A stretch of 63,126 nt of DNA, the filler included, from Klebsormidium nitens (lineage: Eukaryota; Plantae; Klebsormidiophyceae), in NCBI GenBank assembly GCA_000708835.1. It is 8 parts of 8 records of this genome, joined end to end, with 100 filler letters (N's around TTAATTAATTAA, not from the genome) between each part and the next. Parts side by side here need not be neighbours in the genome. Positions count along the whole stretch, not along the records: positions 37,736 to 51,593 come from DF238076.1; positions 51,694 to 56,896 come from DF238446.1; 6 more parts are not named here. One strand, given 5' to 3'. A program made the translations under genes and the position numbers. The notes beneath the pieces were generated by a model. That model was not told the origin of the DNA. It was given only the letters and a program-made list of their open reading frames with translations, and made no database searches. Of the stretch, positions 43,459 to 54,600 are shown piece after piece. Within the stretch, counting starts at the first letter, position 1; each line of letters starts with the position of its first letter.

Positions 43459-43617
43459 GTCCACATTGCGGTGGAAGTAGCTCGCACGTGTGAAGCTAGG
43501 TCCACATTGCGGTGGAAGTAGCTCGCGTGTGTGAAGCTAGGTCCACATTGGGGTGGAAGTAGCTCGCACGTGTGAAGCTAGGTCCACATTGCGGTGGAAG
43601 TAGCTCGCGTGTGTGAA
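43459..43617. repeat. 41-bp tandem repeat, about 4 copies, between divergent genes
   Basis: Unit GTCCACATTGCGGTGGAAGTAGCTCGC(ACG/GTG)TGTGAAGCTAG, contiguous, no spacers. Confidence 0.92.
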
Positions 43618-43741
43618 ACTTGGTTCAAAGGCAACGCAAGTGAGGGAATATCCAAGAGACCAAAGACATTAGCGTCACCCATGTTTTTCTTTCTGCTGAG
43701 TGCAATGTCAAAGCTCACCCCATTCTTTTAGAAGAGTTAGA

Positions 43742-44569
43742 ATGGCGTCCACCAGTGCAACTACAGCAGTGAAGCAAGAGGAAATCGGTGAAGACGGGTC
43801 ATTGCAAGTGACCCCATTATCCAGCCAAGCAATCCTGGAGGTTCAAACTGCCCCAGCAAGCTTGGTAAAAGAGGGCGAGTTCCAAAAGAGGGTTGGTGAT
43901 GTTCTAAGCCAAATCGGACTACAGTTAAATGACAGGCATGTTCTTGTGATGGATCCCAGCATGAAAATCCTAGCAAAGACCGTGAACATCTGGTGTTGCC
44001 TTCCAGGGGCAAGTGACGAGGCCAAGCGGAAGTGTGCAATCATGAACTCTGAGAAATCAAAAATGGGAAGTCGGGGGTTTACCTACAAAAGCGCCCTCAT
44101 CTTTGCATGTAACCTTATTGAGGGTAGGATACACTTTCAGAAAGATGACCCAAGTGTGGAACATGTGGAGCATGCGTTAGGCGCTGTGATTGAGTTCACA
44201 AAGGAAAGAAAACAGACAATCCCACTGGAGAGGAGGTCGAGTCAAAAGCGGAGTAGGGCGCAGTGGGAAGCTGAGAAGGTGTTGGAGATAAATGCAGAGA
44301 ATGACAAGAAAATGGATGCGATTGTTGCACAGACGAGGGCAAATTTGCTCGAGAGCTGTAATGAGCAAGTGTTATGCTGTGTCCAAACCATGATGATGGG
44401 CCAGATAAACCTGCGGGAAACAATATGTATCCAGCACGCACTGAGGGTTACTGAGGGCAAATCCCAGGGCCCGGAATTTGAAGTGGCGTACAAGGCAAAG
44501 CTCGGCGAGATGAGGAATGACTCCAGTGAGTACCAATACAAGTACAAAGTCTTGACTGGCAGTTCATGA
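43742..44569 (+). CDS. Hypothetical protein
   Basis: 275-aa intronless ORF from ATG 43742, natural helical composition, no recognised motif. Confidence 0.55.
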   Translation: MASTSATTAVKQEEIGEDGSLQVTPLSSQAILEVQTAPASLVKEGEFQKRVGDVLSQIGLQLNDRHVLVMDPSMKILAKTVNIWCCLPGASDEAKRKCAIMNSEKSKMGSRGFTYKSALIFACNLIEGRIHFQKDDPSVEHVEHALGAVIEFTKERKQTIPLERRSSQKRSRAQWEAEKVLEINAENDKKMDAIVAQTRANLLESCNEQVLCCVQTMMMGQINLRETICIQHALRVTEGKSQGPEFEVAYKAKLGEMRNDSSEYQYKYKVLTGSS

Positions 44570-45168
44570 ACTTGTTACTTGTGCGGGGCATTTGCAAAGA
44601 TTGACCCCCGTAGGTGAACTTGTGTGGACCGCTGTGCCATTGCGGGTTCCGTAAGTCTGTAAGCACGTATTGATGCGGGCGGCATTTGCAAAAATTAACA
44701 CATTGCTTGGACTTGCAGACCCCCTCCTTAAGTGGAAAGCTCAAGCAAGCGCTGTGGCACTGCAGCGACCGGTGCCGGTAAGTCTGTATGCATGCATTGC
44801 TCCAATTGATGCCGAAACATCTCTCAAGCAAGATTGCAAAAAATGTACTGGGATACTCAAGCATTCAAGCTCTTACTGATTTGTTGGTTGTATATTTTCA
44901 CAGGATATGTCCTGACAATAGTGTACGTGCTAGGTCGGAGGCACTCGGACAGCAAAGGCGTTTGGGAAAGGTCCTGGGAGAACAGGTTTCAAAGCAAAAT
45001 GGAGGTTGATAAGAGGAGTTCCAGTCATGATCAGGCAACCTAAGTAGTGCAGTGTCATAAGTAGCTGGGTCATTTGGATTGAAATTGATTTGATTGCATA
45101 CACATAAATGTACATACAAATAGTTGCGCCCCTTGCAACATACAATATTCATTGTACATTGTACCCAC

Positions 45169-45846
45169 ATGCATCGAGCGTCCCCCCATAAGCCTGACGG
45201 TGAATGCAACGACGGTCTTCTTTTTTACCCACTCCTCGAATTTCCGATCGCCTGTGGGAACGATGGAGACAACGACCCCTTGACGTTCGATGAGCTCAGG
45301 CCACATACGAACCCTGCCGGTATGGTCTTTGAATTCACACCTGCCGGAGAGACGGTCTGCTGGGACGCCTCGTCGCTTCTCCTCATGATGAATGCTCGCC
45401 GGAATGCGAAGAAGGAGGATGTTTACAGGCACCCAATCCACAATTGCAAGGTGGACCGCGAAAGTGTCACACTCGTGCAACTGGTCGCCGCCCGGTCCAG
45501 CAAGAGCCTACGCGAGGATCTCGTGGCCATGCTCAACGCGATATTGTCGGGTGCCGTCGTTCCTCTACTTGGGATCTCGGTGGGGGCGTTCACGCTCTTT
45601 GTCGACCGGCAGAGCATGTTGCGTGCGTTGTCAGACCTCATGGGATCGTCCATGACCCGGCAAGGCCTCGTCACATTGCATGATTCGCTCGCAACGTCCG
45701 CCATGGGCTCTGCGGTGCTGCATGCGGCACTGCATTGGGGTTGGAACGACTACGTCCGTGCCTATCAGTTCCGCAAGGGGGAGGCAGCGCTGGCCACCAA
45801 GGAAATCGCCCGCATGTTGGAGGCAACGGCCTTCCAATCGAAATGA
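45169..45846 (+). CDS. Hypothetical viral protein with a degenerate U-box/RING-like segment
   Basis: NDPLTFDEL...VCWDASSLLLMM...YRHPIHNCKV resembles the DPIT..C.D..SL....P.T pattern; AT-rich upstream region; intronless. Confidence 0.5.
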   Translation: MHRASPHKPDGECNDGLLFYPLLEFPIACGNDGDNDPLTFDELRPHTNPAGMVFEFTPAGETVCWDASSLLLMMNARRNAKKEDVYRHPIHNCKVDRESVTLVQLVAARSSKSLREDLVAMLNAILSGAVVPLLGISVGAFTLFVDRQSMLRALSDLMGSSMTRQGLVTLHDSLATSAMGSAVLHAALHWGWNDYVRAYQFRKGEAALATKEIARMLEATAFQSK

Positions 45847-46494
45847 AAGACCTTTATGAAATTCAACGGGCCAAGACGTTGATTCTAACCCAAAAGGAGA
45901 ACCCCGTCCAACTCTCGCGACCTATCTAGCATTGTACCCGTCACTTATTCGCTGCATTGAACCCGATACAGCCACGCGAAATGAACTAAATGATGCCCGA
46001 TGTGACGCTCATACCGACGGATCGGGCGCTACCAGATCCGTCACGTCCAAATGGCGGACTTAAAGAGATACACGGATGGAGGAAAAAAGCATGATTTTCA
46101 AGCCCTTTCTATAGGGGCCCTTGTTTGCTATCTCATCCTTCATTACCTTTTGAAACTTGCGTGTCATCCGAGCAGTTTGAAAAAAGACTATTTTTTCCCT
46201 TACCCCCTCGAGAGATTTTGCAAAACTCTAACAGGAGATCCAAAGCAACGGATTTGACCTTTAATGGGTGTGAATCCTGTCCCAAAGCGGGTGACAAGGG
46301 CGAGTCCCGGCGACGTAAATGGTAAGGCGGGACACACTACAGGGCCGTCTGGGTCGTGAACGGGACCGAAATGACGGAGGTCTGGATTCGGCGAAAACAG
46401 AGGGGGATCCCCCGACCGTTTCCAAAAGTCCGCAAAATCGGCAGGGCTGTGGAATATTTACGCACAAGTTGTAGGAGATATCAAGTAATCATAC

Positions 46495-47832
46495 ATGTCG
46501 GATCGACTGTGGACCGAAAAGTATTCGCGCTACCAAGTCGGAAACGACGCGCAGGTAGAGCATCTGGAGAATTGGCTACGAGACTTTATGGACCGGAAAC
46601 CGGGGACTAAGCGGGCCGCTCTCCTCACCGGCCCACCGGGCACCGGAAAGACGACCACCGCCTACAGGGTCTTGGAAGCGGCCGGATGCTGCGTCGTCGA
46701 GCACAACAGCTCGAACGTCAGGACGAAGCTGCGCTTTGAGGCCGGGCTTATGGAGACCGTAAACTCGGGCTCCATAATGGGCATCTGCAACGCCATCCTG
46801 ATAAAGGACGTCGACTTCCTGAACCCGTCCCTCGGAGGCCTGGAGGTGCTCATGCGGCTCATAAATCCCGTCCGGGGGCTGAACAGATCTATCAAGGCTC
46901 AGGACAGGGCGGCCGCGCAGCTCGTGTGGAAAATCCCCATCATCTGCACGATCAACGGCGTGCCGAGGGGGCGCCTCATCGACATGGAGTCAGACAGTGA
47001 GTCTATCAGGTTCGACAGGTTGACAGCAGTCGACCTCTCGAAGCTTGGTCTCCACATCATGGCGATGGAAGGGGTCATTCCGGACGAGCAGGTGGTGAGA
47101 CACGCGGTCGAGGTGGCCGGAGGCGACGCCAGGAGCTTCCTCAACATTCTGCAGAGCGGGCTCGGAGGGGCCACCGACAAGGAAGTGTCCCTCATGGACA
47201 GCGCCAGGCTGATCCTGGGAGATAGCCCCGCAAGCGTCACGTCCATCGTAGAAAGGACGGAGCACGACGCTCTGTCGATGATTTCAATCTACTTTGAGAA
47301 CTATCTCTCCTCTGGTGGGCCGGAAGACCTGGCGACGGCGTCCGACCAGCTCTCACAGTCCGATGTGGTGGAGAGCCGTGCCTTTCGGAACCACGACTTC
47401 TTCCTCCTGAAATTCGCGGGCACTATCGGGTGCAGCTCGGCCGCGAGACAGAGGCCGAGAGGCGGCAGTCTGATGATAGACATGCAGCAGAGGCTGAGCA
47501 GGAGGAACTCCCCCGCGTTCCGGGGCAAAGTGACGGACGACCTTTTCTTCTCCAATCTAAGATCAAAGTGCTCGTACATAGCCATCAAGGGGAGGCAGCT
47601 GGCCACCCTGAGGTCGAAAATGCTGAGAAGCGAGGCGGGAGCAGAGATTGTCGAGTTCGTCGCGACTACCTTGACGAAGTTGCTGCGAAACGAAAACGCG
47701 TTGGCAGTTGCCAGATTTTTGCGGAATAGTGGGTTAACTGCAGAGATGGCAGAGGACTGCTTGAGGATCTCGAGCTTCAAAGTGGTCCGGGCCCGCGACC
47801 GGAGTCTTCTGAAAACCTGTGCAGGGACGTGA
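46495..47832 (+). CDS. Replication factor C large subunit, NCLDV type
   Basis: LWTEKY (RFC box II), LLTGPPGTGKTT (Walker A), VVEHNSSNVR, ILIKDVD (atypical Walker B), GGLEVLMRLI, PIICTIN, GDARSFLNILQ. Confidence 0.88.
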   Translation: MSDRLWTEKYSRYQVGNDAQVEHLENWLRDFMDRKPGTKRAALLTGPPGTGKTTTAYRVLEAAGCCVVEHNSSNVRTKLRFEAGLMETVNSGSIMGICNAILIKDVDFLNPSLGGLEVLMRLINPVRGLNRSIKAQDRAAAQLVWKIPIICTINGVPRGRLIDMESDSESIRFDRLTAVDLSKLGLHIMAMEGVIPDEQVVRHAVEVAGGDARSFLNILQSGLGGATDKEVSLMDSARLILGDSPASVTSIVERTEHDALSMISIYFENYLSSGGPEDLATASDQLSQSDVVESRAFRNHDFFLLKFAGTIGCSSAARQRPRGGSLMIDMQQRLSRRNSPAFRGKVTDDLFFSNLRSKCSYIAIKGRQLATLRSKMLRSEAGAEIVEFVATTLTKLLRNENALAVARFLRNSGLTAEMAEDCLRISSFKVVRARDRSLLKTCAGT

Positions 47833-47877
47833 GTATACTTACGGACAGAGACCCACTACTATTACTTCCAATCGATC

Positions 47878-48768
47878 ATGACTCTTCTCCAAGCGATGGG
47901 ATTCGGCGCCAACAGTTTCTGTTTCCCGGCCGCCGTCGAGCGCAAGGACCTAAGAGCGCTTAGGGGCAACTATGTGGTCTCCGCAAAGGCCGATGGTAGC
48001 AGATACCTTCTGGCGATAGCGGGCGGGAAAGCGGCCTTCGTCGGCAGGAAGGGCGAGGAGTTGGAGCTGTGTATTGCAGACGCGCCGCCCCAGACCCTGC
48101 TCGACGGAGAGCTGGTATCGTCAAAGACGGACCCGGCAGATAAACAGTTCCTAGTCTTTGATGCATTGCATACATGCAAAGGCAGCTTGATCGACCGGAA
48201 CCTGGGAGACCGGCTCGATGCAGCGCAACGGGACTTTTTCGACAAGGGTCGGGTGGCGGTCATGTCCGTCCACGGCAGAGACATCATGATCCCCATCCTG
48301 CTCAAGATTCACGTCCCGGTGTCCAAGGGCTTGGACTTTGTGTCGACTGGCATCCCCCAGCTGCCGTACCGCACCGACGGTCTCATCTTCACACCGACGG
48401 ACCGGCCGCTGACGTTTGGGACGAGCCGAAACATCTTCAAGCACAAGCAGCTCACCAGAAATACAGTCGACTTTGCTATCACTGGCGCAGACGGAGTGTA
48501 CTATTTGGGAGTAAATGACCGTGGATCTTTGAAGAATGTAGGGAAATTCCGTCTCGATGCGAATTCGGCCCTGCTGCAAATGATCATAGACGGGAGGATT
48601 CAGAGAGGATTTCCGCCCATCTACGAGTGCAGTTTCGTCCCCGAGACGTCAAGCTGGAAGCCCGTCAAGCTGAGGAGAGATAAAGATAGGCCTAATTCTA
48701 TGATGGTGTACGACGCAACCCTAAAAAACATCAGCGAAAACATTGAGATTCACGAGCTGTTTGCATAA
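47878..48768 (+). CDS. mRNA capping enzyme, stand-alone guanylyltransferase (Chlorella-virus type)
   Basis: All six motifs present: I YVVSAKADGSRYLL, III TLLDGELV, IIIa FLVFDAL, IV TDGLIFTP, V IFKHK..NTVDF, VI WKPVKLRRDKDRPN. Confidence 0.94.
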   Translation: MTLLQAMGFGANSFCFPAAVERKDLRALRGNYVVSAKADGSRYLLAIAGGKAAFVGRKGEELELCIADAPPQTLLDGELVSSKTDPADKQFLVFDALHTCKGSLIDRNLGDRLDAAQRDFFDKGRVAVMSVHGRDIMIPILLKIHVPVSKGLDFVSTGIPQLPYRTDGLIFTPTDRPLTFGTSRNIFKHKQLTRNTVDFAITGADGVYYLGVNDRGSLKNVGKFRLDANSALLQMIIDGRIQRGFPPIYECSFVPETSSWKPVKLRRDKDRPNSMMVYDATLKNISENIEIHELFA

Positions 48769-48960
48769 ATTGAATGTATGGACTGAGATTTTATCAATGT
48801 CCGTGAATGATCCATCCAGCTCAGCTCCCAATCCAGCCCGTTCAGCTCGCTCCGCTCAGCTACCCCGACATATTATGCGTCCCATTTTAAATACCATCTA
48901 AGTGTAAGGACAAGCAATGGTGCTAAATCGGACACGGCTCTTTTCGCTCATCGATCGCTG

Positions 48961-49450
48961 ATGACCTGCAGCACGCGATCTCTCTGCATCTATTTCGAAG
49001 TAATTGCGCCACCACCGCGTCAATTTGAGATTTATGTTATCCACAGGAACGCGTCGAGCAATACATTTACTGTCACTGATAATGAAGAAAGCACTGTTGC
49101 AACTGGCACCAGCACGGTCATCGTAGAACAGATGAGGTCTCTTATTCGTACTCGGCAAGAAGTTGTTGAAATCAGCATACAAGGACCTCCGTCGCATGAA
49201 GGCAATGATGACTATGGGATCGTGCCACTGTACCACAACTGGGAAACACTGCATGGGGATTCGGTCCCGCTGGCTCGCAACAGGAAGAATTCAAATGGTG
49301 GAAATTCTAATTCTGGAAATTTTGTATTTAATCGGATTTCCCACAGCTAGTGTAGTGGGACACTCTTTCCCCACAAAATCGCAATGCGATTTACCTAAAC
49401 TCTACAGTTCGCGTAACTCCACCTCTCAGCTCCACGACTGCCCAGGCCTT
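48961..49450 (+). pseudogene. Possible frameshifted paralogue of the 49622-50257 gene
   Basis: The N-rich ORF stops at 49350; another frame then reads LPKLYSSRNSTSQLHDCP, similar to IPRLYHKNAVASL..HP. Confidence 0.3.
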
Positions 49451-49621
49451 TGTGGAGATTATCTGGGTACCGTAAGGTCGTTGGGCCACGTTACTTTGGG
49501 ATTATTGCTTTCCGCCACCGCAATTCCGCGTGTTTGCGTTTATTCTTCTTCAATATCTCTCACTGCTCGGTCAAAGAGGATCGGATTGCCACCCACCTCC
49601 CAATAACATTTGTCGAAGGGG

Positions 49622-50257
49622 TCACCGATTATTGGCCCGCTCAAAGGTCCTCATGTTCTTCGGGTTGATATTGCGGTTGGTGAACGGGTGCTTGTTCACT
49701 GTCTTGAGTGAGGCCACAGCGTTTTTGTGGTATAGCCGGGGTATCTTCCTGTTTCTCTGGAGGTCCACCTCGTGCTGAAAGTAAACAAAGTCGTCAAGGT
49801 TGTTTCGATCGGGCATGTTTTGCATTGTTCCGGTTCTCAGCCAGTTGCTGCCAACAATTTCAGTATCACCATAAAGTGCGTTTGTGTTTCCAATCTGAAT
49901 GGGAACCCGTTGCATCCAAACTCTCAGCTCCGTTGGGGGAAAGAGAGGGATCGAGTCGTTGCTCGTGGACCATCCCAGGGTTATTGCTGAAACGTGTTGA
50001 GGGTCTATTCTCTCTATCAGCCATCGTGCGACCCGAGCTTCCTTTCCGCCAGCCACATGTACCCTCAACTCGTCCTGAATCACTAACCATCTGACGTGTC
50101 TCCCCTCAAACGTCAACCCGCCAGGGTCCACATATTGCAAGGTGAGGTGAGGTGTATGGTCGTCGAATTCGAGCATCATGACCATTGTTGCATCTCTTTG
50201 TAGCTTACGTGCGGCTGCTGTGAGTGCCTTCAAGATCAGATTGTCACGTTCTGCCAT
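49622..50257 (-). CDS. Hypothetical viral protein with U-box-like C-terminus
   Basis: 211 aa, intronless, ends LYHKNAVASLKTVNKHPFTNRNINPKNM. Confidence 0.6.
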   Translation of the reverse strand: MAERDNLILKALTAAARKLQRDATMVMMLEFDDHTPHLTLQYVDPGGLTFEGRHVRWLVIQDELRVHVAGGKEARVARWLIERIDPQHVSAITLGWSTSNDSIPLFPPTELRVWMQRVPIQIGNTNALYGDTEIVGSNWLRTGTMQNMPDRNNLDDFVYFQHEVDLQRNRKIPRLYHKNAVASLKTVNKHPFTNRNINPKNMRTFERANNR

Positions 50258-50644
50258 TCATGCTCTACACCCAGGTTTTTTTGTGAACGCATGTCAGACT
50301 CTTGCTGCAGCAACGCGGATCCGGCCCATCGCAGGTGCGGAACGCGGTCGTCAGACGTCATGCATATATTTCCAATCGTATGTGGAAAATGCGTTAGCCA
50401 CCGTGGGTCCTTGTTTGGTTTTGCGAGTTTCTCAATGCATTTGCGGCGTACGCTCTGGAGGCCTGTATCTGCGCCGCGGTGCGCGGCGGCCAATCCTTTC
50501 CTCTCGAACTGCTTTCAGCCTCGCCCGATGGGACGTATTTCCTGAAGGTCTCTGCAAAGTTCATTTCCATATGTCAACAAGGACTCAAACATCGATCACT
50601 GATTACAAAATTTTACAAACGTGTATCGAATGTCTTGCGATTGC

Positions 50645-51319
50645 CTACCTAAAAGAAAGTGTCAACGGTCCAATCCTACAATGGACGAATCTAGGAGAGC
50701 TCGTCATACCTCGCGCTCGTGCCGCAACTGATTTGGCCTTGACGCGCATCTCTCTGGATTTGGCACTGGACACCATGTCGGAATCTATCTCGTCCTTGTG
50801 CTGCCTCGCGTAAGCCAGCACGTCGTTGGTGATGCACCACCTGAAAAAATTGATTTGGCCGACGGTGGTCACCAATTGATGAACGACCTCGTCGTCGCCG
50901 ACCGGCTCCGTTAGCTCTGCTTCGTTGGGCTCGTGCAGGCCTCTCGACTCTCCTCGGACCTTTCGCGTCTCAACGCCGTCGCGGACTACAGACGACGGGG
51001 CCGAGGGAACGGCTCTGGTGTCTCGAACGGGAAATACAATCCGGTCGCGACGGCAGAACGGGTCGAAGCGGCCCTTGTTGAAGCTCTTGAGCTGGGATCG
51101 ATAGGAAGTCGAGAGGTTCATCACCCTCCTGACCCCTTTGGAGTCGATCGAATGGAAGACCGTGCGGTGCTTGACCCAAGAAGTAACGAGCCAATCAAAA
51201 AGGCGCAAGGAGGGATTCCCATTGCGAGCCTGCAGGACGTCTAAGAAGGCGTTGGCGTTGCTCGGCTCATTGAAGAATACCCGCAAAGATTTGAGGAGAA
51301 GGTCATTGTTGGGCTGCAT
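50645..51319 (-). CDS. Conserved NCLDV protein of unknown function (SLR..DW / FDPFCR / TTVGQ.NFFRW family)
   Basis: LLLKSLRVFF, SLRLFDWLVT, YRSQLKSFNKGRFDPFCRRDRI, TTVGQINFFRWCI..VL.Y...H..EIDSDM. Confidence 0.85.
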   Translation of the reverse strand: MQPNNDLLLKSLRVFFNEPSNANAFLDVLQARNGNPSLRLFDWLVTSWVKHRTVFHSIDSKGVRRVMNLSTSYRSQLKSFNKGRFDPFCRRDRIVFPVRDTRAVPSAPSSVVRDGVETRKVRGESRGLHEPNEAELTEPVGDDEVVHQLVTTVGQINFFRWCITNDVLAYARQHKDEIDSDMVSSAKSREMRVKAKSVAARARGMTSSPRFVHCRIGPLTLSFR

Positions 51320-51693
51320 GGTCTTTGGTAGATACAGTCACCTCTTGTTCGTAAGTATTCAAAATTGTGTAACCATGCGCGGACGCACGCCGTGGTTGAG
51401 CGTGTTTGGATCTTACGGAGATGGTGCAGGCTACAGTTAGGTACATGCAAACGATGGCACTTCAAAAGCTTCTGATCCCACCGCCACAGGATGCAGCTCC
51501 AGAGAATTCTTGGAGACAGCACCACACCAACCTGGCCCATTATGGCAGGCCAGACGGGAGGGTTGGAAGCTGCTAGGCGGTTGGATGGAGGGANNNNNNN
51601 NNNNNNNNNNNNNNNNNNNNNNNNNNNNNNNNNNNNNTTAATTAATTAANNNNNNNNNNNNNNNNNNNNNNNNNNNNNNNNNNNNNNNNNNNN

Positions 51694-54600
51694 CTCTACG
51701 ATCGTGACTGACTGAACGTAGGCAGAAACGAGACTCTGAAATACTTGAAGGATGTCCTGAGGGACTCGTCCAACAAGAGGACAGAAGTTGTCTTGAGCAG
51801 AAAGACGACAATTTTTCTGAGCTGCGCCATCGCTTGAGAACGCCTGCTTTCATGGTTTCCGCACATGTTAGCTGATCGTGTGTAGTTATCCTGCCAGCTC
51901 TCTGCATATAGCTGGCCAACCATCACAGTTTCTAGAGCCTAAACCGATTTGTTTTCTGAAGTTCTTGACGCCCCTAGTTCTCAAGTTCAGCGTGTTTGTT
52001 TTCAGAGGGAGACTCTCTGCGGTTGGTGGCGCTCCCAACACCTCTTCTTTCAGCTCTAAGTTAATGCCCATCTCGTGCCCCTCGTCTGACCCGACGCTGT
52101 GCCCAGCTAATCCTAGAAAGCTAACAGTAAACGCGCCTTTCCTCATTGCATCTTTTATATGGTCCGGCCATTGGAGCATGTGAGCCAGATGACGTGGCAG
52201 CAGCCGCTGATAGTGTGTCCGGTCCCAAGCTCGGAACAGGGGTGCTAACCGCTTCAACGCTGCGTTTCGCAGGTCCCTGTTGCTCGTGCGGATTGCGAGC
52301 CACAGGGCCACGTACGCCCAACCGTCCTCGTGCACGAAGCGCCACCAGAACTGGAAGGTTTTGCTCCGCTGCGCGACCTCAGCACCCCAGAGAGATACTC
52401 CTGCCACAGCTCCCTCATATTGTCCGCGCCTGCTTTGTCAAGGGTCGCCTGGATGCGCCACTGGAGCTCCGCTTCCTTCCGTTCCGCCTCTTCGTCCGTT
52501 CCGTTGAACGCCTCGCAAGTGCGGTCGCCAAACACCCTGTAGAATCACAGTATGTGCCTTTGCTCGAAGGAATTCGGATAAATTAATGTCCCAGCAGTTG
52601 CAAACGTATGGCCGAGATTCTGACTAAAGCGGACAGAAGCATGAGTGATCCAGAGAGCAGACTGGTGTGAATTGATTGCAAAAGGGAAGCACTGGCCCTC
52701 AGATCGTGCTGTCATGTCCCTTTGCCAGAAGGGAATGCGAACTGCCTGCAATTGTACCTTCCAAGTTTTGGTGTAACTCCCTTGTACGTGAATGACCATT
52801 TCAACACCACTGATTGCAAACACCAAGTGTTGGGTCCTGTGTATTACCTGCTCGGGTCCGCTAAGATCTCGTCCAATGTCGGGCTGTCGATATCGTAGTT
52901 TTTCTCCTTCAAAAAGACTAAAAACAGGGTCCGCTGACCCCCCTCCCAGCTTTCTACAATGAACCAGTTATTTCTGCGGAAGTTACTGCTTTCTTCTAGC
53001 GTTCCTTTGACCGAACCCTCGACGTAGCCAAATTTTGTTGCCATCTCCTCTAACCCCGCGTGGAAAAATATTTTTTTTATCACTGGTTGCGCGTTGAGCA
53101 GAGTGTGCCAGTCGCCAGGCATGTGCAACACCCAGCTGAACAACTCCGTGTGCTCCATTTTCAAGTCGTCCATGTATTTCCACGTTTGCTGGTCCCCTAC
53201 AACAATCAGGTGTTTAAACCTCTTCTCGACTTCTAACTTCTCTTTCATCCGAAAAAGGGCTTCCGCGACCTGCTCTTTGTTGCTGGCTTTCAAATCCCAC
53301 GTTGCCACGTAGACCACCTCTGGCTTTTCCGGAACCACTAGGTACCGTGGGGCTACGAGCGAGGTCGTCTTGCAAGGCCCGGCGCGGCACTCCCAAAGTT
53401 GCAGTCCGTTCTCGCTCGACAATCAACCCAAACATCTCCTCGCTGAACCGCTCTGCTGCCGCCGTTTCCTGTGCAGTGAGGCCGAGGACGCGCTCTGCCG
53501 TCACCCCGGCGTCTACGAGGTCCGTAAAGAAGCCCTGGTACCCCCCCGGCCGATTGTTGTTCCACGGATCTCCGGGTAAGCTGAATTCCGTTGTCCCACT
53601 GCTTGCTCCGCCCGGTTCTTTGCCTTCCGTTAGGGTTCTGGCTCGCAGGTTTACTTTTTCCTCGGTGCTACCAGAGGCTTTCGGTGTCGTTCCGCCTAGT
53701 TCCAATTCGTCGATTTCGGGTTGAAGGGTGTCTTGGGGCGTTGTCAAAGGGTTGCCCGAAGGGTGGAGCTTAATGGACGGTTTGCAGTGGATCTGGCATG
53801 TTACCACGTGCATGTCGGGCACTGTTTTGTCGAACCGACGCAGGGCTCTGATGGCCGTTTTGTCTGCGTTGTCGATGCTGCAAATTATGAACGATCCATC
53901 GCAGCTTGGCGGAAGTTGCGCGAAGGGCCCCTCCGCCATGATAGCGGACCCCACGTTTTCTGTGTACCGGTTCAGCGTGTCTTTCCCGGCACAAACGCCC
54001 AGCTGATTCAGGACTCTTAGGAGTGTAAGCCGGCCTCCCAGGGCCTCTACAACGTCGGCAAGCAGTAGATGGAAGGGGTGCTTGGCCTCGGGGTTGATTG
54101 CAAAGATCAACACGTTGATTGCATATAGAACCCGCAGCCTTCGCCGCTCAGTGTCGTAGTTGTCTTGGACCCCCGAAGTTGGCTGGCCCCCCGCTTCACC
54201 TCCCCGTTCGCCTTTTCGTTGCGCTGCTACCGCCGTCTCGTTAAGCGACAAGTTGAGGAAGAATTGGAGGAGCTGGGGGTTTGTTTTCTTGATTTCCTCC
54301 TCTAGGTTAAAGTTCTGGATTTCGAACCCCCGTTGCTGCGGCGACTTGTAGTTAATGGCCCGTCGGCGCTGCACCTCGTTCCTCAGCAGCTCGTTGACGA
54401 CCTTCGCGCTTTTCTCGAGCACCTTTCCGCGTGCGGCTTGTTGTGCATCATGAAGCTCCTTCCGCAACGAGTCCACCTTGGCCCGAAGCCCCTCATTGTC
54501 CCTCCGCAACCTGTGCCAGTTCTTGTGCAGGACCTCGACGAGGGGGGTGCTTGCTGGATAGAGGAGCGTGCCGAACTGCCCTCTCATGGTGTGCCACGCA

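Noticed and set aside
43459-43617. CRISPR array
   Set aside because: Units are contiguous with no unique spacers, no cas genes are present, and the context is eukaryotic.
46051-46500. Small genes upstream of RFC
   Set aside because: Only short fragments in conflicting frames with no motif; possibly a decayed gene but not supportable.
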